Virus record (IMG/VR): IMGVR_UViG_3300025138_000031
Reading direction: 5' to 3' (one strand)
Source of the DNA: an uncultured virus (IMG/VR IMGVR_UViG_3300025138_000031)
Lineage: Duplodnaviria; Heunggongvirae; Uroviricota; Caudoviricetes
Length of the DNA stretch: 20,000 nucleotides
A model generated the notes under the pieces. That model was given only the letters and a program-made list of their open reading frames with translations. It searched no databases and was not told the DNA's origin. Made by a program: the position numbers and the translations under genes. Below are positions 1-10,117 of this stretch, piece after piece. Position 1 is the first letter of the stretch. Every line of letters starts with the position of its first letter.

Positions 1-1
1 T

Positions 2-2590
2 GTTACAGATGCAGGTTTAAGTGAAAGGGGTTTACAAGCACTAAAAGTATTAGGTCTTCCTATTACTAAAGCACAATACAAACTGTATGTTGCAAAATTT
101 GGTGTTCCTTATGCAGCTCCACTTAACAATAAACTTGTAGATCTTAAGTATGCATTGGTATCTAATACCGGTGTGACGGAAAGTGAATCAGGAGTTCCTA
201 TTTCTTATCAATCAGCTAACCAACAGATAATCACAGATGTGTTAACTGAGTTAGCAAATGAGTCAGATTATTTTAAGAAAAAAGTAGAAGAAAATGTATC
301 AGATATTAATAATTTAAATGGTAAGATACTTGCTTTTAAAGCTAATAAGGGTGCATCAATTGGTGCATTTGTATTGCCTAATTTATATTTAAGTTTATTG
401 ACTGAATATAAATCTGAATTGAAATCACCAATTACAGTTAACGGTAAGCCTTATTCTAAATATGGTGTTACAGTAATGGAGAATGGTGATAGAAAGCAAG
501 ATGTTAATTCTTCTTTAGTTACCATGGCAACAGATAATGCTAAAGACCGTAATGTTGGTAAGCTTGGTTTAAATAGAAATGCATCAGCTGTATTAATGAA
601 TATGGTTGCATTAGGTATTCCACTTAAGACTGCCGTGTTATTAATAAATGTACCAAAAGTTCAAGAGCTTTATACAGCAGCTATAAACAAAACAGATATG
701 TTTGATGCTGGTATTATTGCTTTAGTAAAAGCTGAATTAAGTGAGTCAGAACAAAAAGGACAAACTGGTTTGATTACAGATGAAATACTATTAGATGCAA
801 TCAATAATGACAACACAGAAAGTGAAAAACAAATTTTACAACTATTCTTACAAGTTTTAAACCTTACTGCATTTACTGGAAACATGGGTGCCATTACTGG
901 ACTTACTAAAGGTTTAGGTAAAAGTATAGTAGATATAAATACTAAAGCTGAAAGTATAGAAAAGTTAATGGATCCTAAAGCTCTTATTGACTTGTCTAAA
1001 ATTTATAAGGGTAAGACATTCCAAAACACATACTTAAAAATATTTTATCAAATCAAAGAAAAACTTTTGCCTGCAACATTCTTAACTGCAAGTGCTGATT
1101 TTAGCATATTAGCTGATGAAGTATTTAAAGAGATGAATACAAATGATCTATCATTTACAGAAGAAACAAAAGAAAAAGTAAGATTAGATCTATTATCTTA
1201 TTTGACAATTAAGGCATATGATAATCATATGATGAATAATAATAGTAGAAAAGTTGCTACATTAAATAACCAAATACTATATCCATCACGTGATAGTGAA
1301 TCTATTGTAGATGTAACACAAAGATTATTTGATTGGGCAGAAATTAATGATCCAAATAATTTCTTTATTATGAACTTTCTGGACATTACTAAGGCTGATA
1401 ACATTGACAATACAACTGGTTTAAATTTAGCTATGGCTAATACATTTAGACAAATTAGTTCTGCTCAAAAATTAGACCTTGTAAATGACTTTAATAAACT
1501 ATACACCAATGTACAAACTAAAGATGATGCACAAGCAATAGTAAACTACATAATGGTTAAAGATGGATTACAGTTAGGATATGGTTCTTTACTATCTGCA
1601 ATTGCACCACAAGTATTAAATGATTACTTAGATCAAGTTGACTCAGTAAGAAAAACATTAGAAGGTGAAGTAACGTTTGGAACTACATTTAATTCTACGC
1701 AAGAAGAATTAATAGAAGAGTTTAAAGATGGGTATTTAACTTCTAACATAACAGGACCATTGTTACCTAACTTAGTACGAAGTGAGATTAAAAAGTTACC
1801 TAAACCGGTTACATTAAAAGGTGATAAGCTTACTATCAAATTTAAAGATGAGAGTAGTATTAAGAATTATATAAGAATTTCAAATGTTTCAGAGCTTGGA
1901 GGAGCAACATATAAAACATATAAAGCAAATCCAGAACAAGAAGGCTTAACAATTGAATATTCTGAGGTTCCAACTTATGGGTCAAATCAACAAACAGCTA
2001 TAGGTTTTATGTTTAATACTCCAGAATTTAGTAGACCAACCTATGCTGAAAATAGAGAGTATGTAAAGAATAAAAATAATCAAACTTCAGAGGAAAGTAA
2101 AATGGATAAGATGGAATTTGGTTTGTCAGAAGCTGCCGCTATACAGCAAGATGTATTAAATGACACAACTAATAATATAGTTGCTACAGACAAAAGTGTA
2201 GAAGCTAATGGTATAAATATGGCTGATACAGATGCTTTGATGAAAAACATTTTAGAAAAAAGTGCTGCAATAGAAAATATAGAGTCTGAAATTAATACTC
2301 TAGAAGATACAGAAAATGCATTACCAACAATAGATGTAAATGAACAAGGGCAATATGCAATGTTTGCAGAAGATATACTTGGAGAAGCATCACAGTTTCC
2401 TTTATTGTCTGAAGGTTATGCTAACATTATGAGTAATCCATCTAACAAAAGTATTATGATGGAAAATAAATTATTTCCTTTTAGTAATATGATTAGTGAA
2501 TATAATGATAACTTTGTTAAAGAAAAGGAAACAGAACAAGAAAACCAAGAAGCTTTTTTAGATCAACTAAAATGTCTAGGTATAAAATAA
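2..2590 (+). CDS. C-terminal part (>860 aa) of a giant phage protein, probably a virion-packaged crAss-like RNA polymerase; 5'-truncated by the window
   Basis: Frame 2 is open from position 2 (VTDAGLSERG...) to TAA at 2588-2590, so the track's TTG start at 155 is internal. Motif SSLVTMATDNAKD-x5-LGLN (509-573) resembles the (V/T)DNAKD segment I recall downstream of the catalytic DxDxD loop in crAss-like virion RNAPs. It sits next to another giant gene. The catalytic motif itself is not in the window. Confidence 0.55.
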   Translation, partial: VTDAGLSERGLQALKVLGLPITKAQYKLYVAKFGVPYAAPLNNKLVDLKYALVSNTGVTESESGVPISYQSANQQIITDVLTELANESDYFKKKVEENVSDINNLNGKILAFKANKGASIGAFVLPNLYLSLLTEYKSELKSPITVNGKPYSKYGVTVMENGDRKQDVNSSLVTMATDNAKDRNVGKLGLNRNASAVLMNMVALGIPLKTAVLLINVPKVQELYTAAINKTDMFDAGIIALVKAELSESEQKGQTGLITDEILLDAINNDNTESEKQILQLFLQVLNLTAFTGNMGAITGLTKGLGKSIVDINTKAESIEKLMDPKALIDLSKIYKGKTFQNTYLKIFYQIKEKLLPATFLTASADFSILADEVFKEMNTNDLSFTEETKEKVRLDLLSYLTIKAYDNHMMNNNSRKVATLNNQILYPSRDSESIVDVTQRLFDWAEINDPNNFFIMNFLDITKADNIDNTTGLNLAMANTFRQISSAQKLDLVNDFNKLYTNVQTKDDAQAIVNYIMVKDGLQLGYGSLLSAIAPQVLNDYLDQVDSVRKTLEGEVTFGTTFNSTQEELIEEFKDGYLTSNITGPLLPNLVRSEIKKLPKPVTLKGDKLTIKFKDESSIKNYIRISNVSELGGATYKTYKANPEQEGLTIEYSEVPTYGSNQQTAIGFMFNTPEFSRPTYAENREYVKNKNNQTSEESKMDKMEFGLSEAAAIQQDVLNDTTNNIVATDKSVEANGINMADTDALMKNILEKSAAIENIESEINTLEDTENALPTIDVNEQGQYAMFAEDILGEASQFPLLSEGYANIMSNPSNKSIMMENKLFPFSNMISEYNDNFVKEKETEQENQEAFLDQLKCLGIK

Positions 2591-2598
2591 TATAAGTT

Positions 2599-5500
2599 AT
2601 GGCAAGATGTCCAAATAAAAATACTGCAGAGTATAAAGCATTACAAGATGTATTTCAAACAGAAATAAGAACTAATAGTGTTATAAATACTTGGCAAGAC
2701 ATTAATAACTCAGATGCATTTCCTACACCTTTTCAGGCTAATGAGATGGTGTCTGATCAGAAAGTTGCTTTTGCTTTAAAACAAAAATCATTTGGATTAA
2801 GTTTATTAGATAACTTACGTAGAGAACATATAGGTCATACATTCCAGGGACAATTTTTAATTAATAATTCTAACCCAGTTACAAGAGAATATGACTCAAT
2901 GTTTTTAGATGCTAATGTTAAAAAACTATATAGATATTTAAGAATAAACAATATACCTGCTGACACAGTTACATTACAAAGAACACCAAAGACATATAGA
3001 CTAATTGTAAATGAGGATTTATTTACTAATAAAGATGTACTTGAAAAGTCTAGGTCATGGGATACTAATAGGTCTAGAGAGGTTGTTATGCACCTAAAAA
3101 GAATGTTTCCACAAGTTAATGTAGAAATGTTGAGTGTTACTGAAGCTGCAGATATGTTTTCTATGTTTCCAGAATGGAAGAAGAGTAATGTTAAATTTAA
3201 AGATGTAAAATCTTTTTATGTAGACGGTACAGCATACTTAATAAAAGGTAGAGTAACTGATGAGACAGCAATAGAAGAAATGCTACACCCTTTAGTAGAT
3301 GCAATCAAAGTAGACAACCCTGAATTATTTAATGGTTTGTTAGCAGAGGCCAGCAAGACTTTTCCAGAAATGGTTCAGCAGATAAAAGCTGAGTATAATG
3401 AGAATACCAGAAACTTTAGTGATACTGAAAGAAATCTAGAAATAGTAACACAAGCCTTATCAAGACACTTTAAGAAAGAATATGAAACTAATCCTAGCCA
3501 AGGATTCCTAGACAAAGTAAATGAGTTTATGGATTGGTTTATGGAACTTATAAATAACCTTAGTGAGTATTTAACAGGTACACCTTTATCTGTAAAAGAT
3601 ATAAACCCAAGTGGTAACTTAAGTGATATTGCTAAACTTTTAAATACAGAAAGAATACAATTTAAACTGGAGAGTAGAGCTGATGGAAAGATAAGGTTTA
3701 GTTTATCTCCAGAAAAGAAAAGACAGGTTGATCAAGCCTTGTCTGAAGCTAATGGGGTACAAGCAGAAATAATAAAAAGTTTATTTCATGTAGCCAACTC
3801 ATCAGATGTTGAAGTTAATTCATTGTCTGGTAGCAGATTTAAAACTGAAGAGGAAATGCAAAGAGGAGACTCAGGAGAAACCATTGTTGTTTTAAATGAG
3901 AAGAATCACACATACTATGATATAACAGATAAGCTTCAGCAGAAACCATATACCTCAGTTACTACAGCAATCAAAGGCACTCTTAAAAACTTAGAAGATG
4001 TTCAGCTTAATTTAGATATTGGCAATGATGTTGATGCTTTATTAGATGCTTTGGTAACACACCGTAGTGTAGAGGATGTATTTGATCAAATGAAAGTTGT
4101 AGATCTAGAGACTGCTAAAACTGTTTATAATACATTACAAACTACACTAACTAATATAATGCCTGAAGGATCTATTGCTTTATCTCAAGTTGTAGTATTT
4201 GACAAAGCAACAAAAATGGCTGGTACAGCTGATTTAGTTATTGTAGATAAAAATGGTTTTATTAAAATTGTAGATTTAAAGACTACAAAAAATTCTTTAA
4301 AAACCTATACTACAGAAGATACAAAGGTAGGGAGAAAACAAACTGTATATTATGATAAAGAATGGGCACTAAATGAGGATAGTTTATTGAAACAAAAAGG
4401 AATTGATAAATTATCTACTAGAGGTCAACATAACCTACAAGTAAACATTTATAGAAGGATGTTTCAGAATATGGGATATGATGTATACATGGGAGACTAT
4501 GCTGCATCTACTTTTCATTTAGTTGCTGATATAAGTGGGAAAGGCAAGAACCAAAAGTTCAATGGGAATATTAAGTCTGATCAATGGGTAGATCATCCTA
4601 TATCTCAGAATATTAATTATGTTAATATGCTTATGCCGCTCAATCCTGATACAACTAAAAAAGAAGAGTTAGATGAGCTTACTAAAGATATGGAAAATAA
4701 ACTGGTTGATCCAGATGTTGTTCCTGCAGATTTAGTAGAAGAAGATGAAAAAACAGCAGAAACGGTTACACCAGTTCCAGAAGATCCAGTATATGATACT
4801 ATTTCTGGCATACTTAAAGAATACCAATTATCATTAATAAATAAAATAGATTTACTTGAGGCAAAGAAATTAGCCAAAGCTTCTATATTTATTGATAGAA
4901 CAAAAGATGAAGCAATAGAACAATTGGCTTCTACAATTGCTTTTATTAATATAGCAATGAGTGAGGGGCCTATAGCTAGATCTTCTGCTTATTCAGAATT
5001 ATTACAAGACTCACTAAGACAAGTTAGAAAGTTTAGTGCCTATGTTCAAGATCCTAAGAACTTTGCTAAATCTGAATACATTACTTATGTATTAAATTTT
5101 GATAAGTTTATAAAAACATTCCAAGGTTTACAAAGCATTACTGATCTAGCACCTTTAAATGCAACGCAAAGATCTTTAATATTGTCTCTTAAGACAGATC
5201 TTAATAAATTAACTGGTGCTGATGGAACACAACAAGGTTTAATAGATGGTGCTATTAATGATTATGTTAAGGAAATTATTAGAAACAAATCTAATAGAGC
5301 TTATGGTGAAGAAGGAAGCTTCTTTACAGAAGCAAATCTAGAATTGTTGTTAAAAGAAGCCAGAGACATCTCTGGTACAGATCTTTACACTAGGGATTTG
5401 GCTACACAAGGTGATGTTATTTTAGCTTTGATGGATAAAATATATAAGTCTAAAAAACAAGAGCTATTAGATAAAGTTGCAGAAAGAGAAGGTGTAATTA

Positions 5501-8436
5501 AAGCAGCAGGTAACCAAGTAATTAAACTTACACCCAATGCAAAACGTAATACAGCATATAATTTTATGTTAGTATATGATGAGAATGGTGAGTTTACAGG
5601 TAACTATGTAAAAAAGATTGGTCAACAGTACTATAAAAAGCAGGAAGAACTAAGAGCACCTCTATATGATAATGATAATAACCCATATCAATATGAAGAA
5701 ATTTTAGCATCTGATATAGAAGAGCTTAAAAAAACCAAAGAGGGACGTGCAAAAATAAAATATAATCAAGATCTTGCAGATGCTAAAGCTGCATTCAGTG
5801 CATTCTTTAGAGCTGAAAGAACTACAGATGAACAGTATGATGATGGTGAATACCATACATATACAAAAGAATTTAAAGATGCAAGAGATAGAGTAGAATA
5901 CTATGTGCCTGGTAAAGATGGTAGTCCTTTTGGAAATTGGTATAGAAAACCACGTGTTTCTGATGTACAATATGCAAAGTATGAAGCTAGGTATTTTAAA
6001 GTAAATGAGTACACTAAAGCAATAAGAATAGATGGGGTACCTACTGGAGCTGTAGTAGCTGGTCAAACATACCGTTCACCAAAAGTAAAGTATAGAGTAG
6101 CATTAGAAAGAAGTAATCCAGTAGATGGCTTACCTCAAGATATGACTAGTGAACAATATAGAAGCATTATGAATCCTAGTGATGCATTAGGAATAGCACA
6201 AAAAGAATTCTATGAATTGTTTGTACAGTATTTTGAAAATGAACTTCTAGAAAAGTTACCACAGAATGTTAAAAATAACATGCTTGGTAGAGTACCGTTA
6301 GTTCAAGGTGCTGCTATTAATACTATGAAAAAGAAGTCATCCTTCTGGAATCAATTGTATGCAAAAACTGTAAGAAGCAGAACATGGAATATGTTTAATA
6401 AAACTTCAACTCAAAAAGGAGTTATGGTAGATCCTGTTACTGGATATATTGTAGATCAGATGCCTATTTTTTATACAGGTAGGCCAAAGATTGATGGTGA
6501 GATGGAACAAATAGAAAAGGAAAAACTTGCTATACAAGACCAATATAAAACAGGTAAGAAGCAAGATGGTACTACATATACAGAAGATGACTATAATATT
6601 GATTTAGCTGGGATTAATGGTAAGTTAGCTAGAATAAGATCAACACCTAGTGTAGGAGAAATTAGTACTGACTTAGCAACCAGTCTTATTAAGTTTAGTG
6701 CAATGGCAGAAAACTTTGAGACAATGGCTACTATTGATGATACTCTTAATGCAATGATGAAAGTTATAGAAAACAGACATTATCAACCATCTGAAGGCTC
6801 AGGTATAACTTTTATAGATAAAGTAAAAGGTGTAGTTTCAGGAACACCAAAAAGCAAATATGCTAAAAATGAAAATACAAAGAAGAGAGCTCAGAAATGG
6901 ATGAGTCAAGTGTATTATGATAATGAAAATATTACAAAAGGAGCAGGTGATAAAATAGCTGAGGGAATTATTCAACTGTCTTCTTTGTCTTATGTAGCCT
7001 TTAACCCTTTTGGTAACTTTAATAACTACTTAATTGGTAGAGTCAATAACAATATTGAATTACTAGCAGGTAGGTTTGTAAGTAGAGATGCACAACTAAG
7101 AGCATCAAGAGAGTTTAATAAAAGAGCCTTACCTGATATGGTTTCAAGAACAGGTGCAGCAATGACAGATGCAGTTGACGTACTTACATTTGGTAAAATA
7201 CCAGGTTTAAAATCAAGTGAGTATGATCCTAAAAGAGCTAATAGTAAATATGAAGCATTTGTAGATATGTTTAGGATGATGGATAAGATGTCTGAATTGC
7301 GTGAACAGGGAGCAGATACTGCAGAGGGCAAAACTTGGTTTGAAAGAGCAGCTGAATGGGGTTATGTAATGCAAGATGCAGCAGAATATAATGTACAAAC
7401 TAAAATGGGTATGGCTGTTTTGATGGATACTACTATGCTTAATCCAGACACTGGGGAAACATTATCTTTATATGATGCCTTTATGTATGATGCCAAGTCA
7501 CACACAAATAAAATTAAAGAAGGTTTTACCAAGATTGTTAAGTTAGATAAAAATAACAAAATAATTAAAGGGAGTGAGCAAGACTATACTAATGAATTTA
7601 GATATGATTTAAGAAATAAAATCAGAGAAATAAATAAACAAATTCATGGTAACTATGCTAGAGAAGATAGGATGGTTATGCAACAACATACATTAGGTAA
7701 ACTTGCAGTTCAATTTAAGAAGTGGGTGGCACCTGCTATTAGAGCTAGATACCAAAGAGAATACTTTGATGAGAATCTAGGTTGGATGGAAGGTAGATAT
7801 AGATCTGCTCTTAGCTTTTTAAGATATACAGGTCAACAACTTAGAAAAGGTAATACAGAATTTAATACCTATGGTAAAGGTTTTATGGAAGCACAAAAAG
7901 GATATGATGGAAAAGGTGGAAATGCAGATCAACGTGCACAGAATAAACTATTTGGGTTCTATAGAACAATGGGTGAGATAGCTATTATGACAAGTGCACT
8001 ATTAATCAACTCTATATTAAGTGAATTACTAGCGGGAGATGGAGATGATACTGACTTAGAAAGAAGAATGAAGAATTTATCTAAGTATCAAGTAAACAGA
8101 ATTTACAAAGAGATGGTGTTATTTATGCCTTGGATTCCTGATGGAGGTAAGCAAGTATTCCAACAGTTTGGTAATCCAGTAGCTGCCACTAGAACTTTTG
8201 GTGAGTTATCTGAACTATTAGGAATGACATTAGTAACTGGCTATAAAGGTCTGAGACTCAAAGCAGGAGGTAAAGAAGAAGATTATTTCTATGGAGATAG
8301 TTCAATAGTATATCAGAAAGGTAAAAGAAGAGGTGAACTTAAGTTATACAAAAACTTTAAGGATGTATTTCCTATTGTGTATAGTATTCAGAAATGGGAG
8401 TCTTATTTAACTAATGATGATTTCTATATAAAATAA
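2599..8436 (+). CDS. 1945-aa giant virion/ejection-type polyvalent protein with an N-terminal zincin-like domain and a PD-(D/E)xK nuclease-like domain
   Basis: Uninterrupted 5.8-kb ORF starting 8 nt after the previous stop. Zincin-like segment FYVDGTAYL...TAIEEMLHP (EEMLH at 3274-3288). RecB-like nuclease pattern YTSVTT...GNDVD...AGTADLVIVD...IVDLKT...LQVNIY (about 3949-4452). Long helical C-terminal region (QIHGNY...LAVQFKKW...EGRYRS). Confidence 0.75.
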   Translation: MARCPNKNTAEYKALQDVFQTEIRTNSVINTWQDINNSDAFPTPFQANEMVSDQKVAFALKQKSFGLSLLDNLRREHIGHTFQGQFLINNSNPVTREYDSMFLDANVKKLYRYLRINNIPADTVTLQRTPKTYRLIVNEDLFTNKDVLEKSRSWDTNRSREVVMHLKRMFPQVNVEMLSVTEAADMFSMFPEWKKSNVKFKDVKSFYVDGTAYLIKGRVTDETAIEEMLHPLVDAIKVDNPELFNGLLAEASKTFPEMVQQIKAEYNENTRNFSDTERNLEIVTQALSRHFKKEYETNPSQGFLDKVNEFMDWFMELINNLSEYLTGTPLSVKDINPSGNLSDIAKLLNTERIQFKLESRADGKIRFSLSPEKKRQVDQALSEANGVQAEIIKSLFHVANSSDVEVNSLSGSRFKTEEEMQRGDSGETIVVLNEKNHTYYDITDKLQQKPYTSVTTAIKGTLKNLEDVQLNLDIGNDVDALLDALVTHRSVEDVFDQMKVVDLETAKTVYNTLQTTLTNIMPEGSIALSQVVVFDKATKMAGTADLVIVDKNGFIKIVDLKTTKNSLKTYTTEDTKVGRKQTVYYDKEWALNEDSLLKQKGIDKLSTRGQHNLQVNIYRRMFQNMGYDVYMGDYAASTFHLVADISGKGKNQKFNGNIKSDQWVDHPISQNINYVNMLMPLNPDTTKKEELDELTKDMENKLVDPDVVPADLVEEDEKTAETVTPVPEDPVYDTISGILKEYQLSLINKIDLLEAKKLAKASIFIDRTKDEAIEQLASTIAFINIAMSEGPIARSSAYSELLQDSLRQVRKFSAYVQDPKNFAKSEYITYVLNFDKFIKTFQGLQSITDLAPLNATQRSLILSLKTDLNKLTGADGTQQGLIDGAINDYVKEIIRNKSNRAYGEEGSFFTEANLELLLKEARDISGTDLYTRDLATQGDVILALMDKIYKSKKQELLDKVAEREGVIKAAGNQVIKLTPNAKRNTAYNFMLVYDENGEFTGNYVKKIGQQYYKKQEELRAPLYDNDNNPYQYEEILASDIEELKKTKEGRAKIKYNQDLADAKAAFSAFFRAERTTDEQYDDGEYHTYTKEFKDARDRVEYYVPGKDGSPFGNWYRKPRVSDVQYAKYEARYFKVNEYTKAIRIDGVPTGAVVAGQTYRSPKVKYRVALERSNPVDGLPQDMTSEQYRSIMNPSDALGIAQKEFYELFVQYFENELLEKLPQNVKNNMLGRVPLVQGAAINTMKKKSSFWNQLYAKTVRSRTWNMFNKTSTQKGVMVDPVTGYIVDQMPIFYTGRPKIDGEMEQIEKEKLAIQDQYKTGKKQDGTTYTEDDYNIDLAGINGKLARIRSTPSVGEISTDLATSLIKFSAMAENFETMATIDDTLNAMMKVIENRHYQPSEGSGITFIDKVKGVVSGTPKSKYAKNENTKKRAQKWMSQVYYDNENITKGAGDKIAEGIIQLSSLSYVAFNPFGNFNNYLIGRVNNNIELLAGRFVSRDAQLRASREFNKRALPDMVSRTGAAMTDAVDVLTFGKIPGLKSSEYDPKRANSKYEAFVDMFRMMDKMSELREQGADTAEGKTWFERAAEWGYVMQDAAEYNVQTKMGMAVLMDTTMLNPDTGETLSLYDAFMYDAKSHTNKIKEGFTKIVKLDKNNKIIKGSEQDYTNEFRYDLRNKIREINKQIHGNYAREDRMVMQQHTLGKLAVQFKKWVAPAIRARYQREYFDENLGWMEGRYRSALSFLRYTGQQLRKGNTEFNTYGKGFMEAQKGYDGKGGNADQRAQNKLFGFYRTMGEIAIMTSALLINSILSELLAGDGDDTDLERRMKNLSKYQVNRIYKEMVLFMPWIPDGGKQVFQQFGNPVAATRTFGELSELLGMTLVTGYKGLRLKAGGKEEDYFYGDSSIVYQKGKRRGELKLYKNFKDVFPIVYSIQKWESYLTNDDFYIK

Positions 8437-8486
8437 GGTTTACACGTCAAATTTGCAGTGAAATAATTTTTAAGGATCATTTAGAT

Positions 8487-8504
8487 TGTGTATATTATAT
8501 TATA
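8487..8504 (+). promoter_or_regulatory. Putative phage promoter element (TGTATATTAT) upstream of the envelope module
   Basis: Core GTATATTAT at 8490-8498 in the 104-nt intergenic gap; the same core recurs intergenically at 13477-13485 and 13564-13572. Confidence 0.45.
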
Positions 8505-8540
8505 AACCAGCAGTACATAGTAAACAATTAATTTATATAT

Positions 8541-9812
8541 ATGAAAAAATGTATACATCTGCTGGTCATCTTTATTCTATTTTATACACCCCTTCAAGCA
8601 CAAATAGATACTCTTCCAGAAGATCAAATAATTAAACTTAAAAAAGGTTGGGAAAAAAAACAATTCTTTAAGGGTCTTTATGAAGACTTTTTAAAGTATG
8701 GTACTATATATGGTGCTGGTGATATAAACAACTCTATAGAAGCTGATGAGTCAACTTATTTTGTTAGAACAGGAGATGGGAATGGTTTATATGATATTCC
8801 TGTTGTTGTAGATAATACACCTGAATATCCATTTGATTATAGAATAGGTTTTGGTATTAGAAAACTAGCAAGGTTTAGTTATGAAAGAAAACCTAGAAAC
8901 TTTTATGATGGTACTGAAGAGCAGTTAGCATTTAGTGCACCAACATCTGCATTAGCAGGTTTAGAATATCAATTACATTGGGAAAAGGAACGTTGGAGAG
9001 GGGAAGACTTCAGGAATCATAGGTTCTTTATAAAGCACACAGGCAAACATCACATATTTAAAGTTGAGTCAAGAGAAGTAGGAAAGATAAACCTAGCTTA
9101 TGAGTCAGCAGAAGCAAGATTAAGGTTACCTATAGGAGAAAAGTTTAGCATTTCTGCGGGTGCAATCTACCGTACTCACTCCCGTGCATATGGTTATAAT
9201 CCAATTGAGATCTGGTTAAATGAAACAGTGATGTATACTGACCCAAATACAGGTGAACAGTTTGAATATCCAGCAAACCCTTGGTATACATTAGGATTTG
9301 AGTATGGTTATACTGATCATTTTACTACATACACAGATGCTAATACAGGTGAGGAAATGCAAGATTGGATTTGGAAAGATGAAGATGGAAATATTGTAGC
9401 TTATTCTGATATTGACTTTAGAGAAACTATATTTACCCAGCTAATGAACCGCTTTAATAGTGAGGCATTGTCAGAGATAGATGCATTTGGTGAGATAGCA
9501 CCAATAGTAGGAATGGATTTTTATCATTATAAAAGAAATTTCTGGTTACATGCATATGCAAATTATATACTACCATATCACAGATACTTAAAAGGAGATG
9601 AAGTTGTTTCTTATTTAAATAGAAATAACTGGGGTAAAGGAGGTTTGAGAGAAGATTCCAAGCTAGAGCAATGGGCAGACTATTCTTTTGGTGCTAATTT
9701 AGGTTGGAAGATTAATAAAAATTTAGGAGTGTTTGTTGAAGGAGAGTACTCTAAGATGTGGGACAGCCAACTGTTCCAATCAACAGTAGGATTAAATTAT
9801 ACATTTAAGTAA
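8541..9812 (+). CDS. Exported protein, predicted outer-membrane beta-barrel (423 aa)
   Basis: Sec signal peptide MKKCIHLLVIFILFYTPLQA|Q. Many alternating amphipathic, aromatic-rich strands (YRIGFGIRK, LEYQLHWE, FSISAGAIYR, FWLHAYANY, YSFGANLGWKI, LGVFVEGEY). C-terminal strand STVGLNYTFK resembles a BAM beta-signal. Confidence 0.7.
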   Translation: MKKCIHLLVIFILFYTPLQAQIDTLPEDQIIKLKKGWEKKQFFKGLYEDFLKYGTIYGAGDINNSIEADESTYFVRTGDGNGLYDIPVVVDNTPEYPFDYRIGFGIRKLARFSYERKPRNFYDGTEEQLAFSAPTSALAGLEYQLHWEKERWRGEDFRNHRFFIKHTGKHHIFKVESREVGKINLAYESAEARLRLPIGEKFSISAGAIYRTHSRAYGYNPIEIWLNETVMYTDPNTGEQFEYPANPWYTLGFEYGYTDHFTTYTDANTGEEMQDWIWKDEDGNIVAYSDIDFRETIFTQLMNRFNSEALSEIDAFGEIAPIVGMDFYHYKRNFWLHAYANYILPYHRYLKGDEVVSYLNRNNWGKGGLREDSKLEQWADYSFGANLGWKINKNLGVFVEGEYSKMWDSQLFQSTVGLNYTFK

Positions 9813-9825
9813 AAAAAATAAAACA

Positions 9826-10113
9826 ATGGCAGAAGTACCTCAGATTGGAGAACAAACAAAAGTAACTTTAGATCTTAAAACAATTGGAATGATAGTGGGA
9901 TTTGTAATTTCATTATCAACCATGTGGTTTACATTAAAGGCAGATATAGCTCAGGCTATGGAAAACCCCAAACCACCAATAGAAAGGGTAGAATATGATT
10001 TAAAAGATGAACTTGTAAGACAGACCATAATGGAAACCCAGGAAGACGTGGAGATGTTGCTTCAGAAGTTTGAAAAAATGGAAGAAAGAATCTATGAGTT
10101 AACCAAAAAATAA
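9826..10113 (+). CDS. Bitopic membrane protein with a C-terminal coiled coil (95 aa)
   Basis: One hydrophobic helix (IGMIVGFVISLSTMWFTL), a PKPP linker, then a heptad-like charged helix; A-rich initiation region aaaaaataaaacaATG. Confidence 0.75.
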   Translation: MAEVPQIGEQTKVTLDLKTIGMIVGFVISLSTMWFTLKADIAQAMENPKPPIERVEYDLKDELVRQTIMETQEDVEMLLQKFEKMEERIYELTKK

Positions 10114-10117
10114 TATT

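Noticed and set aside
3949..4452. Cas4 / CRISPR-associated nuclease
   Set aside because: The PD-(D/E)xK domain has none of the four Fe-S cysteines of Cas4 and is embedded in a giant protein with no array nearby.
670..7559. Minus-strand ORFs 670-894, 1225-1410, 1633-1839, 4617-4877, 5704-6066, 7026-7331, 7213-7398 and 7362-7559
   Set aside because: All lie antisense within the two giant genes and have Ser/Ile/Leu/Phe-biased shadow-frame composition with no motifs.
8437..8540. tRNA, ncRNA or terminator in the gap after the giant gene
   Set aside because: No cloverleaf and no stable GC-rich hairpin with a U-tract is visible.
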